From Lama guanicoe (taxonomy: Eukaryota), in the NCBI GenBank assembly GCA_013239625.1, contig MU053934.1, positions 6,280,399-6,344,398 of the forward strand: a stretch of DNA of 64,000 nt. The letters run 5' to 3'. The notes beneath the pieces were generated by a model. That model was given only the letters and a program-made list of their open reading frames with translations, did not search any database and was not told where the DNA came from. Positions within the stretch are counted from its first letter, which is position 1, and every line of letters starts with the position of its first letter. Both the position numbers and the translations under genes were made by a program. Of the stretch, positions 36,100 through 50,004 are shown piece after piece.

Positions 36100-37100
36100 A
36101 GCCTTCGGTGTGGTGCAGACGAACTCCAGCAAGCTTTAAAAGCAAACAGCGTCGGATTTAATGGACACTTTCCACAGTCCCACGGTCCATCACCCGCCCT
36201 CAGGGGCAGCCGCTCGCGTGAGAGCAGCTAGTCCTCGGTCCGCGCAGGCGCATTACCGCCTCCCCGCGCGCCCGCGCAGAGCTCTTTCCAAGTGCGCTTG
36301 CGCAGAAACTGCGCGGGAAAAGGTGCCGCCGCGTTAGAACGCTAGTGGAGCGATGGCTGTGAGGGAGGCGGTGGCAGGACTTCCCGGGACCGGGAGGGAC
36401 GAAGAGGCGGCACTGCTCTTCGAGAAGGCCCATTACCGGCACGACTCGCGCTGGCTGCTGCCCGTGCCTCCACGCCTCTGCCTGGCCTGCGCTCTGGAGC
36501 TGCTGCCAGAGGCCGGCGTGTCGGTGCGAACTGGGCCCGGGCATTTTCCTCATCAACCGGGGCCGCCGCTCGCCGGACCAGATCCTCTGAACCCAACGCA
36601 CCTTCCCGGAAACTAAACCGGGCCCACCCGCCTGGTTAAATCTAGCCCCTAACCAGGCCAGCCTTCTTTACTGTGCCTCCTCAGCCTGTCTACCCCACAG
36701 GCCTTCCCGCTCCGGCCTGGGCATCCCCTTTTCAAACGAGGCCCTGCCCCTGGCTCAGTGCCTCAAGTGGGCCATCCCTGTCCTCACTCAATCGGGGGCT
36801 CCCAGGGCCCCTCAAAAATCTGGCACGCGTTCCCACCTTCCCTTCCGCTCTTCTCTCGGCTGCCCTGCCCTTTGCTGACCCTCTCCCATTTCTCCAGGAT
36901 TTTACCTTAGCTCAGCCTGTGAGCCGGGCACATAGGCCCTGGGTGCTTCTCATTTCCTTCAGGTTTCTGAGTTTGCGAATGTGGCGGGGGTGGGGGTGGG
37001 GTGCCTTGGGCTCTGTGGCGGCAGGAAGTTCGGATGGAAGCAACCCCTGGGAAGAAGCGGAAGCGGGGTGAGGGGAAGACCTTTTTGAGAGGCAGAGTGG
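36100..37100 (+). promoter_or_regulatory. MEI1 CpG-island promoter and exon 1 region
   Basis: High CpG; NRF1-like GCGCAGGCGCA 36242-36252 and TGCGCTTGCGCA 36293-36304; E2F-type GCGCGGGAAA 36311-36320. Confidence 0.8.
36353..36523 (+). CDS. MEI1: MEI1 coding exon 1
   Basis: [57 protein letters not shown]|gtgcga; MEI1 N-terminus. Confidence 0.93.
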
Positions 37101-37279
37101 ACTGAAGCATGGGCTGCCTGCCTCCTCAGTGCCTACCCACCTGTGCAGTGAGTTTTTGGCCCAGGAGGCCTCCAAGAAGAGTTGAGGGAGATCACTTTCC
37201 TTTGAGATTCACGGGAGGGGAATTCTTGTTGTGGGAGGGTAGGGGATGGGCTAGATCAGCGAGTCTCGTTTTTGCCCTC

Positions 37280-37790
37280 AGGATGGCTTTACACTTTTTA
37301 CAAGTGTTGAGGACTCCAAAGAGCTTTTGTTTATTTACTGTATTAGAAATAACAAAATTTTAAAATATTCATTTAAAAATCCTAGAAAATCCATTACATT
37401 AACATAATTCTTTTTATTTTGGCAAAATATATGTGAGGTAAAATTTACCATTTTAGCCATTTTAAGTGTAGTTCTGTGGCATAAATAATTTTAAAACTAA
37501 AAATAACTATATTTTCTGAAACAGAAGATAGTGAAAGGAGTGTCTTTGTTTTACATTTTTCAAATCTCTTTAATGTCAGGCTTAATAGAGGACAGCTGGA
37601 TTCTCACATATTTTGGCATTTTATCTGTTGTGACATCATGTCACGTAATCTTTGAAAAACTCTACACTTGTGAGAGAATAAGTGAAAAAGGCAAATAACA
37701 TCTTAGTATTGTATGGAAATACTTTTGATCTCGTGGATCCCCTTAAAGGGTTTTGGGCACCCTCAGGTCTGAAGACCATACTCTGAGAAC
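37280..37790. mobile_element. hAT-Charlie-like DNA transposon remnant
   Basis: gaggactccaaagagcttttgttt...caaatctctttaatgtcaggcttaatagaggacagctggattctca. Confidence 0.6.
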
Positions 37791-39020
37791 GAGTGAGGTA
37801 GCTCACAACATCTGCAATATCATTCAGGCTAGAGTTCTGAGGCTGCTATTCTTCAGATACAGGGATGAATAAGACAGGTAGGGGAGAAAATAAGAGAACA
37901 CATTTACTGGGAATTTAGAAGGTGGACATATTTGTGGTGAAGTGCTGTGTGGGATAAGGAGTGAAATTAGGGAAGGTTTTTTCAGAGGAGGAAGCATTTG
38001 AATTACACTTGAGATGATGAGTGAGATTTGGACCGGAGGAGATGGGGGAGCTTGTCCCAGGAGGTAGGGATTAGCATGAATTTGAGGGAGGAATCAGAAT
38101 GTGTTTGAAGGGAAATTGAGGGAGGTGAAAGAGCCAGGTTGAGACCAGTTCCTTTAAGAGTTTGAATCCAAGCTAAGGAGCTTGGATTTAATCTATCAGG
38201 TGAAGGAATGTCACTGAGATTTTTTTGTGTAACTCATTTAGATTACTAGCTTAATGCATTATATGGGAGGAACTGGTGAAGGAGAAACTTGTAGCACTGG
38301 TTAGAGGCAATAAGAGATGCAACTTCCCCACCCTTTATTGAATACACTTTTTCTAAGCTTCAGTTCTCACCAACTGAAGGGGTGATGTAATCCATTGTAC
38401 CCATGTTCCCGTTCTGTCTTTGGTGCACACCCCTTTTTTGACCTAACTTTTGCTGCTGTCTTGAGCACTTTGCACAGCTATTATCCAGTTCCCTGTACAA
38501 GGAGGTGAAATGAGTCTGAAGATTGATGAAAGGAAGATTAATTGAATGGAAGGATCAATTTTTCTTCACCTACCTCAGTGAGGCTCATGAAGGGTCCCCA
38601 GTATCACTCTCTCAGACTGTTGAAGTGGAAAGAGCACTGATCTTGGATAAGACCTGTTTGGAGACTTAGATATGAGTCCTAGGGAAGGTCTGAGCCTCAG
38701 TTTTCTCATCTCCAAATTGGTGATAGTAATACCTCTTTTTGCTTGCTTCAGCAACTCATTAGGCTTAAATGACCTAGTAGACAAGAGTGATATGTAAACA
38801 GTAAAGTACTATGTAAATATAGTGTACTAGGAACCTTAGCTGTTGTATAAACCTTTGAAAGCATGTATTCCAGTGTGTAAGTGATGCCCATTTCCATATT
38901 TCATAGTTTAGATAATCCCTTCAGTATTAGCTTGTAATTATATTTGGAAATTATAATTGTTTGGGTTCAGAATAGCTGAGACTTGTTTGCTATTGAATAT
39001 TTTTCTTCATCTGCCCCAAG

Positions 39021-39144
39021 TTGGTGCGCAAGAAGCATGTGCTGTCCTGCTTCCGAGATGCTCTCATGAGGCATGCTTCCCTGGTCATGCAGCTCGTGGC
39101 TCAGGATCAGAGAGTCTGTATCCACTTCATAAGCATGCTTTTCG
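39021..39144 (+). CDS. MEI1: MEI1 exon 2
   Basis: ccccaag|[41 protein letters not shown]|gtgaga. Confidence 0.94.
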
Positions 39145-39979
39145 GTGAGATTGAAAGGAAAACTTGGCATGAATTTTGCATATATAACATGTATATTTGC
39201 TTTGGGGTCTTGGAGAACTGGTCTTGGAATGATAAGTTAGACTTTTTGCAATGTAACAGTTTAACTTATTAGCAAATTGTTTTGTCATAATGATTAAGAA
39301 ATGATCCTTTTTCTAAGATGCATGATGCATTATATGGTAACTAGCTTTACTACAGCTTAGAGGTTAGTAAAAGTGTGAAGATGAATATGGGGAATGTGTG
39401 ATCTTTCAAAAAGTCCAGTCTGTATGGTCTTTGAACAGGATTAAAAGTTTGATCTGAAGACTGTTGATCTGAGTGTGACCCTGATTGGGTTATTTCCATC
39501 CTGTACCTTAGTTTCTTCATGTGTAAAATGAGATGGATTAAAAGGTCCCTTCTATTAATACAATTATAATGTCTTATGGAATGAGCCTTTTCAGGGAGGA
39601 AGGGAGCTAACTCAAACTGGGTGATTTTCTCTGCTAGAGGCTTTTCAGGCTTTTAACTGCCAGGACAGTATTTTAAGGGAGAGAGGATGATCCCCAAGGC
39701 TCGAGGATGTCATAATTAACAACAGGCAGAACTGGAATTTTACCCCAGGTCTGTTACAGACTCCAGAACACACAGTTTTTGTGCTATGCCACACTGGCTA
39801 TTTTTATCCTTTTAAAGCCAGAATGGGTTATTGAAAATCTGGGCATTTGGTGCTGAGGATAGAACTTAGCTGGGACATTGCTTAAAGCTGTTATTAGTCT
39901 TAGAATTCACAGTATGCCTTTGTGGGTTTGTTTCTCTTTTAACTATAACTATCCCCCTCTTGCCTCCTTCTGCTCCAAG

Positions 39980-40030
39980 GACTGTTATGCAATGTGGAGG
40001 ATGGGAGTGTAACAGACCTCTGTATTGAAG
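39980..40030 (+). CDS. MEI1: MEI1 exon 3
   Basis: ctccaag|GLLCNVEDGSVTDLCIE|gtaagg. Confidence 0.92.
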
Positions 40031-41749
40031 GTAAGGCGAAACTGTGTGTAATGTGTACCCAGCATTTGAAGCTGGGGATATTAGCCTGAATTGAAGCTCT
40101 GATTATTTGAGACCTTGATGAAATGTTTCATTTTAGAGATAGATTAAGAAAACTCAATTAGTTGTCCATCATTAATTCTGCATTTCTTTCTTGGGCACCT
40201 ACTCTGTGCCAAGTACTGTATCAGACACTAGGGATACATAGATGGATAAGACATAGTCCCTACCCTCTAAGAGTTTACATTCTGGAGGAGAGATTGGCTG
40301 GTAAATAACAAGAGCGGATTGAGTGCTGTTATAAAGACATATATAAAACTCTGTTTTTATTACATTCATATTGGTTGGTTGGAAGTTGTTTGCACATAGG
40401 TGGTGATTAAAGCTATGGAAATGCGTGGGCTTACTTATAAAGAGCTCAAGAAGAAAGGCAAGTGCATTGGGATGAGAGGATTCTTATAGAAAGAGCAAGA
40501 ACTGTATCAGTTAGGGTCCAGTCAGGAAACAGCACTTAAATTATTTGAACAGAAAAAAAACTTCAAAGAATTGTTAACTAGGTAACTGAAGGCAAAAAGA
40601 GAAACAAGTTTTCACAGGGGTGGCAATTTCTGAAAACAGCTCCCACCCTTAGGGCTGGGGAAAAAAGGGAGAGGTTGGAATTATTAAAATTTACTAATTT
40701 GGAGGAAGGACTCCACGTATGAAACTCAGACCTCTGAGGAGGGGATGTTGCTTGGCTGCTGCTGGGTCCATGACCATCCAGCTACACAGTTAGCAGCTGT
40801 AACTGCTAGCAGCTGTAACAGATCAGTCAATATGATCTGTGTGTACGTTGACTATCTCTCAGTTGAGAGAATGTGGGCAACCAAATGTACCACTTTGAAG
40901 TTCTGACCACTGGCAGGGGTGGGAAGACTTCCCTTCACCATTTTCCTCAAGGCCACTCTTGAGTAGGGCTCTAATCCTAAAGCCTTCTGCTTCTGGTTGG
41001 TGCCAGCATAGCTTGCAGAACCCTCAACAGACCCCAGGAACTTCACTGAGATGGTGAGCACTAGATGGAGATTGCTAAGCCAGAGGGGGAAGGACTTGCT
41101 CCTTCCTCACTGTTCCTGTTTGCTTCTTGCCTTCTTCCTGTTTCTTTGAATGTTACCCTGGAATGTGTCTTTACCCTGAAAGTGGCAGAACCTTCGAACA
41201 GCAGTAGCTGAATCTAATTTGTAGCTTTCCTCACACTTGCAGAGCCAGCCTCTTCTCCACCCCTCCTCAAAGACACCAGCAGAAGCATCATAAATGATTG
41301 TATAGAAGAGTGGGTTTGGGGTTGAGCGATAATGGTATTCACAATTTTTGGCACAGGAGATAACTCATAATTCTGTTTTCTAGCATATGAAGTAGCAAAG
41401 TAGGAAAAAAGTAGAAATATAAAACATCAGTTTTCAACCTTGGCTTCATAGTAGACTTACCTGGGAAACTTAAAAAATATCCAAGAAGCTTATACTGTTT
41501 CTACAGAGATTCTGACTTAATTGGTCTGGGGTGGGACTTGGGCATCAGTATTTGCTTTTAAAGCTTCCTAGATGACTCTGATGTGCAGCCTAGTTGTGAA
41601 CCACTGATATAAAACAATGAAGAGTGGAGGAGACAGAAAAGACTAATGCCAACTAACACAAGCAAATGACTTTGATTAGAAGGGCTATGAAAAGTGAACT
41701 CTGGGCCAGGGGTTGTCTTCTAATTAGTAATGCTGTTGTGTCTGCTCAG

Positions 41750-41823
41750 TCCTTATCCAGCTTACAACTCAGCTGAAGTCAGAGCAGACTGTTCATTACC
41801 TGCTGGATGAGTGTCACAAAGAG
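41750..41823 (+). CDS. MEI1: MEI1 exon 4
   Basis: gctcag|[25 protein letters not shown]|gtcagt. Confidence 0.92.
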
Positions 41824-43101
41824 GTCAGTAAGTAGCTGTGGGTTTTTGAGTACCCCTCAGAATCCTCAGATGTCAGAGCTGGGTCAGCCCTTTGGATAAC
41901 TGGGGAGATCGAAACCCAGAGAGGTACAAGGACTTGCCTGAGGTCACCAGTTGGTGGCAGAGCCAGAGCTAGACCCTGGGTCTTCTGATCCTGTTCCAGT
42001 CTTCTTTGCAGCTTCCTTCCTTCCGTTTTCAATCTCCCAAATGCTGCCTCCACGTGGGGATATCCATTTTTTGGCATAATCATCCCATGGCCATTCTCTA
42101 TATCCTCCTAAATACAGTACAGATTTCCTTGATGAATTTATTAAGGAAATATGTTTATTATGTCTTGGCTTAGTATTTTTATTTGGTTTGAATTGTATAC
42201 AATATTTTGCACTGAAGGCATTTACTTTTATCATTAAGGTAAGCAGTGAGTAGATATGTTTAAACTGCTTCAATGCAGTCAAAGATATCAGTTAAACAAG
42301 CAGCCTTTTCATGTGTTTAGATTTAGGAATAATATCAGAATCACTTTTTCATTTTTTTTCAAAAGGGAGACAAATGTTCATCTTAACACCATCAAGAGCA
42401 ACATTTTATTAGAAACAATGTTAAATTACCTTGTAACTATAATTCTGCATGTGATTAATATATCAGATTGAATTTTAATTATAGATATATCAATACTTAT
42501 CATTATGATGATGCCACGTAACATTTTGAGCACTTTCTGTATGCTAGGCACTGTTTAGGTGCTTTACATGGAATATCTCATTCAGTCCTCCCAACAACCC
42601 TGTGAAATTGGTACTATTATTATTTCCCACTGGAAAAGGCAAGAATCTTACTTAAGGTGCTACGGCTAGTCAGTAGACAAGATGAAATATATACTATTGA
42701 CTCTTCTTGTAAAGCATCAGGCATAGTGCCTGACAAATAGAATGCTCATATTAATAGTAGCTATAATAATGATGATAATAATTTTTTTACAGTGAACTAG
42801 AATTCCATCTCTGTGATGTTCCCAACTTTCCCCTCTGAGTTTTTGGCGCCATAGGAGGGAAAATGTACTAATTTTAGTTTAGTTTAACAAACATGTACTC
42901 AGCTGGGTACTGAGGACTCTGAGAGGAATCTGACTCAGTCCCTTTCCTCTAGGGGAAATTGACACTTAGCTAAAGAGGCTAATTGATTGTGGTGAGAGAC
43001 ACACACAGTACAGGATTTGGTGTGGGTAGGGCAAGATGAATTTTGGAGGGCGATATGTCCTGAACCTAATTTATAGAGCGGAATATTTTCACTTTCTGTA
43101 G

Positions 43102-43212
<111 letters not shown>

Positions 43213-43723
43213 TGACCTGTGGGGAAGAGTTGCCACTACCTTTCGCCTGCTTTGATCACATTTCTATCTAGGTGGTCTGTTCACGGTATACACCTGTGAA
43301 ATCATTACTTTCCTTCTCTAGGCTTTAGTTTCCCCATCTACAAAATATGCTGTTTGTAGGCCAATTAAAAAAAGTATTTCTCAATTTTGGTCCTGGGCAA
43401 TTTCTATTCATTATTTTAACACAAAAGAATTAAGTACTACCATGAGCCTTCCTTTTGGGTGGGAGGAGGAATTAATTCTGAAATATAGAAGCACTTTTGT
43501 CTATTAGTAAAATGCAAATAAATATCTCACAGAGGATTTATCCAAGGACAAATCACTTAACTTCTATAAGTCTTGGTTTTCCCTTTTGGATAAGTTCCCA
43601 GAAATCATGTATTGTGGGGGATTATAGGGGGTTACCATCCCTGCCTCATTCAGGGCAATAGTTTGGAGTTTCATACAGCAGTTGACATTGTGAGGTTCCC
43701 CTGGCCCCTTGTTTTCTGGATAG

Positions 43724-43927
43724 GTGACCTGATGGGACATCTGTTGAGAGGTTTAGTGTACCCCAATGAGGGGGTGCAAGCTTCTGTCTGCTACCTCTAT
43801 GGGAAGCTGTATTCCTCACCAGTTGCTGCTGAGATGCTTTTGGGCCATTTCCGGGAGAAGCTGTGTCCTCTCTTCCTTTCTACCATGGATGGTGCCCAGA
43901 CAAAGGAGCTACAGATCAACTGCTTGG
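43724..43927 (+). CDS. MEI1: MEI1 exon 6
   Basis: ggatag|[68 protein letters not shown]|gtaaga. Confidence 0.94.
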
Positions 43928-44742
43928 GTAAGACATGGGACTGGAGAAAAAAGAGAAAGCTTTTGAGGTTTTGCTTGAGGATTTGAGATATTAATTATCT
44001 GGTGGTGGAGAGGTCTGCTGCTTTGCAAAGGGTAGAAGCCGTGGGTTTCGGAGATAAGAGGCACAGACTGTGAAAGATGCCTAATGTTGATGTGGCATCT
44101 TAAGAACATTGCCTTTGGAAGGAGAAGAGGAAAGAAAGTGGGACAGCAATATTTTTGCTTCTGATCTTTACTGCCTGCCCTTGTGCATCCTGTACTTGCT
44201 GCCAAGTTAATCTTCACATTGCACAACTCGCATCCTGTTAGTTTCCTATTTGGAAAGTCAGGTATGGCTCCCTCTGGCCTCCAAAGTGAAGTCTGTTTCT
44301 CGGCTTATTATTTGAGGTTCAGTGTACTCTTTCAGCCTCTTCTGTTACTTCTGCACATAAATACACAAGATCTATCAAATGCTTTTGAGCAGGGAGCTTT
44401 CATATTTTGAATAGAGCAAATGGGTACTGTGATTGAGGACTGAGTGAGGGCCTTTTCCGGAGCAGGAATGACAGGGAGATGCATTATCTGTGGGAAGCAA
44501 CAGTTTCTTCTCATAGTTTGGAGCAAGAGCTCTGTTATGAACAGTTTGGCCACATATAGGGAGTGTTTATTCTGAGCCAGGCCCTATACTGGGCTATGGG
44601 GTCATAAAGATGATCAAACCCAAGTTTCAATCTGAGGGAGTTCATAGCCCAGTGTGGAAGACGGGTGTAGACAATTAGAGTTCATTGTGGTGAGTGCCAC
44701 TGTGGAGACTGCACTGAAAAAGATAAGATTCTCTTCTACGTA

Positions 44743-45030
44743 GTACTAGAAGTCCTAGCCAGAACATTAGGCAAGAAAAAGAGATAAAAGGCATCAGAAT
44801 CAGAAAGGAAGAAGAAAGATTGTCTCTGTTTGCAGATAACATCATCTTATATATAGAAAACCCTAAAAACTCCACTAAAAAACTGTTAAAACTAATAAAT
44901 TAATTCAGTAAAATTGTAGGATACAAAATCAGTTGTGTTTCTATATGCTAACAACAAACTATCTGAAAAAGAAATTAAGAAAACAATCCCATTTACAATA
45001 GCATGTAAAAGAATACAGTACTTAGGAATA
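44743..45030 (+). mobile_element. L1 ORF2 (reverse transcriptase region) fragment
   Basis: tactagaagtcctagccaga...tctctgtttgcagataacatcatcttatatatagaaaaccc (degenerate FADD-I-Y motif). Confidence 0.85.
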
Positions 45031-45127
45031 TCTATGGAGGCATATAGAAGTTTCTAGGGGATGTCTGAGGGGCTGCCTATTTGAGTGCCTGTGCTCCTCT
45101 TCCTTCACTTCCCAACCTGTTTTCTAG

Positions 45128-45258
45128 GTTTGCTGAGGCAGCTGCTGAAGTATGATCTCTTTGTGTCCATGATCATGAACAAGTCTGCACTGGCGGAAAG
45201 TACTGGGAGTGTTGAGGGGCCACCAGGAGAGACCTCACTGCCTTTGGTGCTCAAAAAG
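45128..45258 (+). CDS. MEI1: MEI1 exon 7
   Basis: tttctag|[44 protein letters not shown]|gtagtt. Confidence 0.93.
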
Positions 45259-46432
45259 GTAGTTGTCTTGTGATTCCTGGTCTCTGGGTTCAATAACAAG
45301 GAAACCAGAGTGCCTCCTGGACCTTTTCCTCACCCACCACTCCTGCTATCTGGGATTTCCTAAGTGGCCAAAACAATGTGCTATTAGAAGACTGAAAGTT
45401 GTTTTTCTTTCAGTTATGAATCCTTATATTTGTATCTTCACTTTCATATCTGTGTTGTCTGAGAATGAAGAATATGTGAGTGCTACCTCAGTTGTTTGAG
45501 GGATAAAACTTAAGCTTCTCAGCTGGGTACCTAGAGCCCTCTTTCTCTGGACCTGGCTTATCCCTTCAGCCTTACTTACCTGTCCCTTCCACCCCACAGC
45601 CCAGTGCTCCAGCCATATTCAGCTTCTCCCTGGTCCTTCATATGCTAGGAGGTCCTGTCTCTGTGCCTGTTCAGGCGCTCTTCCCCTTTGCTTTTAGAGT
45701 CTTTCCTCTCTTCTCTGTCTGATTTGGTCTTCAAGGCCTATAAGGGCTCCCATGTCACCTGGCTCCTTTAGGCAGAATGTGCCCCTCTGTCACAGCACTT
45801 ACCTCGCCATATTGTGATTGATCAGCTGGGAGCTTTGGGGCAAGACTTGAGTCTGGCTGTCTCTTTCTGCAGTGCTCAGCATGGGGCTTGGCAGAGCTAC
45901 TTATCCTCATCTGATAGCAGGGATATTGTTCACTGACCAGATAGTGGGACTCCTTCTGCAGAAAGGAGGAGGAGCCCTGGTCAGAAGTGGGAAAGGGAGA
46001 CAACTGGGGATAAATAAGGTGGATATTAAAAAGCCAGAGCAAACTATTCCTCCTTGTCTCCCTGGGATGCCTCTGGAATGGTTCGTGCAGGGCCTATGAA
46101 CTCTAAAGAGCAAGTCCCGTGTCTCTGAACCACAAAATCTCATATTGGGTTATTTTCTGTGTTCATTTCATTGCTGCCTTCCTGGAGTCCACAGTAGCAT
46201 CCATGGTAAAACATTGATCCTAGGCTTAGCAGGAGCACAAGATCTTGTGTCCTCACAGTATGCCAAGGCGACATGATGGTGGCAGGGACAGAGATTAAAG
46301 AGTGCTTCTCTAGGGGGAGAGAACTTTCTAGAGACAGGAATCTTGGTTTAGAGGTCCCATCCTCCATCCATATTGGGAAACTCTTCTTCCATTGGCCATT
46401 TTGGATGATTAGTGTTTTATTTTCCTACAGGA

Positions 46433-46618
46433 ACCAGCGAGGTTGGGACTAGGGTGAGGCAAGTGAGGTACTTGCCTTAGGTGCAAAATTTAAGGGGTAC
46501 TAAAATATTCAGCAATCAAGATAAATAATATTTTAAAGCAATATTAAAAAACTGAAGTTAATGCAAAAAATTCATGATAAACAAAAATGTCAAAATTTTA
46601 AATAAAGATAAGACTGGC
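46433..46618. mobile_element. Short DNA-transposon (hAT-like) remnant
   Basis: gggactagggtgaggcaagtgagg...ggtgcaaaatttaagggg; family uncertain. Confidence 0.5.
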
Positions 46619-48019
46619 ATGTATTCTTATACCTCCATTCTGGCATTTTTTTGGTCAGAGTCTAATGCTATTCTTTCCTGCTTTTGGCTGATGACCAACT
46701 TATTCTCCCAAAATTCAGGTCCCTGGGAATATATTGTCAATGTTTGTGTTCCTGCTGTTTCAGAAGTTGATTAATTTATTTGGTCAAATACATACTGAGC
46801 ACTAATGTGCTATGTCAGTCACTCATTGTTAGGCACTGGGAATATCATGGTATGTAAACAGGTGAGTTTCTTGCCCTTGCACAGTCTAATGGGGAAGGCA
46901 GATAATAGGCAAGTAAATGAACAAGCAAAGTAATTACAGATTTTGATAAGTGCTATAAAGGAAATAAAGAGGAGATGAGATAGTATTGGAGGAAGCCATC
47001 TACAGGTTGAATTGTCAATCATAGACTCTCTAAAGCGTTGACATTTGAGCTTTCGCTTGAAGAATTAAAGTAAACCAGTGTTCACTTTGAAGCTAAAAAC
47101 AGATAAATAAAGTAAGCTAGTGATATGAAGAGTGGGCAGAAAAGCATTTCAGGCAGAGGGAACAACAAGTAAAGGCTGGAGGAAGGGAAATGCTTGATGT
47201 ATTCCAGAAACAGATGGAGGGCCAGTAGGATGGGAGAGTGGGTGGAGGTGAAGTGAAGTGGCCCAAGATGAGGCTAGGGATTAAGCAGGGAAGGTCATGC
47301 AAGTCCTGATAGGTCATGGTGAGTAATTAAGATCTTTTTAAAGATAGATTTTCATAATTAATTTTGTTTATGATGGAAAAAAGGATTGGAGTGTTTCTCA
47401 ATACAATATGGGGCATGCATTTTAAACTAAGAATCATTGCTTTGCTTAATGGTTAAATATCATTTTTCTAAGACATGTTTTTTTTCTTACATTTTAACAG
47501 CTCTGAAACTGGGAGACATTTTATCATCAATGGTGTAACAGTTTAATTATAGCTTTTTTTCTTTCTTGGTGGTACATAAAATAGTGGTTTGCATCAGTAA
47601 TGGTTAGCATCAGGAGGCTTGTCTGAAACACATGTTATTTCCTATATAAAAGAGAACAAGTTAAAGATTAATATCTAGAAACTCCTTTATATACTAACAG
47701 AAAGGCTGTTTATGTGTCCACTTTTAAGTCTAACATGACTGAGATGAGTTTAAGCTTACAGACCTTAGATGCATCTCTATCAGATGTGTGTGACTTGGTC
47801 TTTTTCCTTTGAAGCTCTAAAATCAGGCACACTCTCCTTTGTCTTGTGTTATATGTTCTACCCGTCATTTTCCCCCAGAAGGCCAGTTTTTGCTACACTT
47901 AAAATCTGTGGTTGCAGTTAACTCTCATTGATTTCTGAAAGTACCTTAGCTTTGCTACTTACTAGCTGTGTTGCCTGGTGTAAGTAACAACCTCAGTGAG
48001 CTTTAATTCCTTCCTCTGA

Positions 48020-48565
48020 GTGTTGAGGCTCAGTGATTCAATAGGAAGACTCACAGGATTCAGTGTACAGTTATATTCATAGCTATGATTTATTACAGCA
48101 AAAGAATGCAAAGCAAAAATCAGCAAAGAGGAAGGGTATATGGGATGAAGTCTGGGGGAAAACCAGGCACAAGCTTCCAAGAGTCCCCTCCTAGTGGTGT
48201 CACACTGAATGCACTTCATTTCTCCAGCAGTGAATTGTGACAACATGTGTGAAACGTTGCTTAGAAGGGAGACTCTTTTAGAGTCGCCGTGCCCCAGGTT
48301 TTTGTTGGGAGCTAGCTGGTTACGTAGGTACCCTCTGCCTAGCACATACCAAAATTCCAGATTCCCAAGAAGAAAGCTGGTGTTCAGCATAAACTACACT
48401 GCTTGTGTAAATAGTTTAGTCACAGTGAGCCACTCTTACCAGTTCTGGGAGTGTTGGGAACCCTCCTGAAATTCAACTTCCCAAACCCACTCAGTGGCCA
48501 ACCTGCAGGCAGGCCTTTCTAAGGATAACAGTCTTGGGCCTGCAATGTTAACTCTTTTCTTCATG
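48020..48565 (-). mobile_element. MER21-like LTR remnant
   Basis: ggaagactcacaggattcag...gatttattacagcaaaagaatgcaaagcaaaaatcagcaaag...ggccaacctgcaggcaggcctttctaagg. Confidence 0.65.
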
Positions 48566-48854
48566 TTCTGTGAAGTGAAGCTCATAGTAGAACCTTCCCC
48601 TGTTATGTCTTAGGCTTGTTGCGAACATTAAAACCAGATAAATGCTGTGAAAATACTTTTGTCAATGAAGGCCTGAGCCCTTCTTGGTGATGATTTTAGT
48701 GTTCTTTGAGTGCTGTTGTGTTCTTTCATTTCTCACCTGTTGCTGTTCATGGAGACTCCTTTCCATAATCCATAACTGCTCTCCCTGAGCACCATCCTTG
48801 TGCCTGTTCAGTAGTGTAGGAGGGATTCAGAGACAAACCAGGCTCCTGCCCTGA

Positions 48855-49100
<246 letters not shown>

Positions 49101-49845
49101 TGAGTTGCAGCAGCATCAGTCCTGTTGAGGGTTCTTTGATATGCATACTTGGGGGGTGGGTTGGTGGTAGGTTCATTGTGCATGACAGACTCTAGGAAGC
49201 AGGCCTCTAAGTCTGAATCCTCCTGCTATAGATTTCTAATTTGACCTTGAGCAATTTATTACTGATCTTTCTCATTAATTTGACCATCTAGGAACAAACA
49301 CCTAATGTGGGGTGGTGGAAAGACCTGTGGACTAGGGAGGTAAAATGAATTAATGTTTCTTGAAGTCTCATAATGAGCCAGGAAATATGCCCTGAGATGC
49401 ATTGTAAATGTTGCCACATTTAGGTCCTCATCTTTACTATGTTTTTCATCTTTGCTATTTTATGAATAAGAAAATAGAAGATCAGAGAAAGGAAATAACT
49501 GGTTTAAATTGACAAGGCTAGTTTTTGGCAGAGAAGCGATACAAAATTAAAGCTCTTTAGCTCTCAGAATTCTTTTCTCTGCATCATGCTGTTACTCATC
49601 CTGAGATTAGGGGATCTGAGTTCCAGTCCCACCTCTACCACCAACCATACCTCTCTCTGGGTCTCAGTTTCCCCATAGGTTAAAAAGATGAGATTAGATC
49701 ATAAGCCTGAAGATATTTTCCAGGTTTATCTGTGAATTAATGGTCATGTCTCATGGAGAGGATGTGTGAAAAGACGAAGTGACAGGTGTGAGATGCTGAA
49801 TAAATCTAAGGCCCTAGCTTTAGTTAAGGGATCATGATCACATAG

Positions 49846-50004
<159 letters not shown>

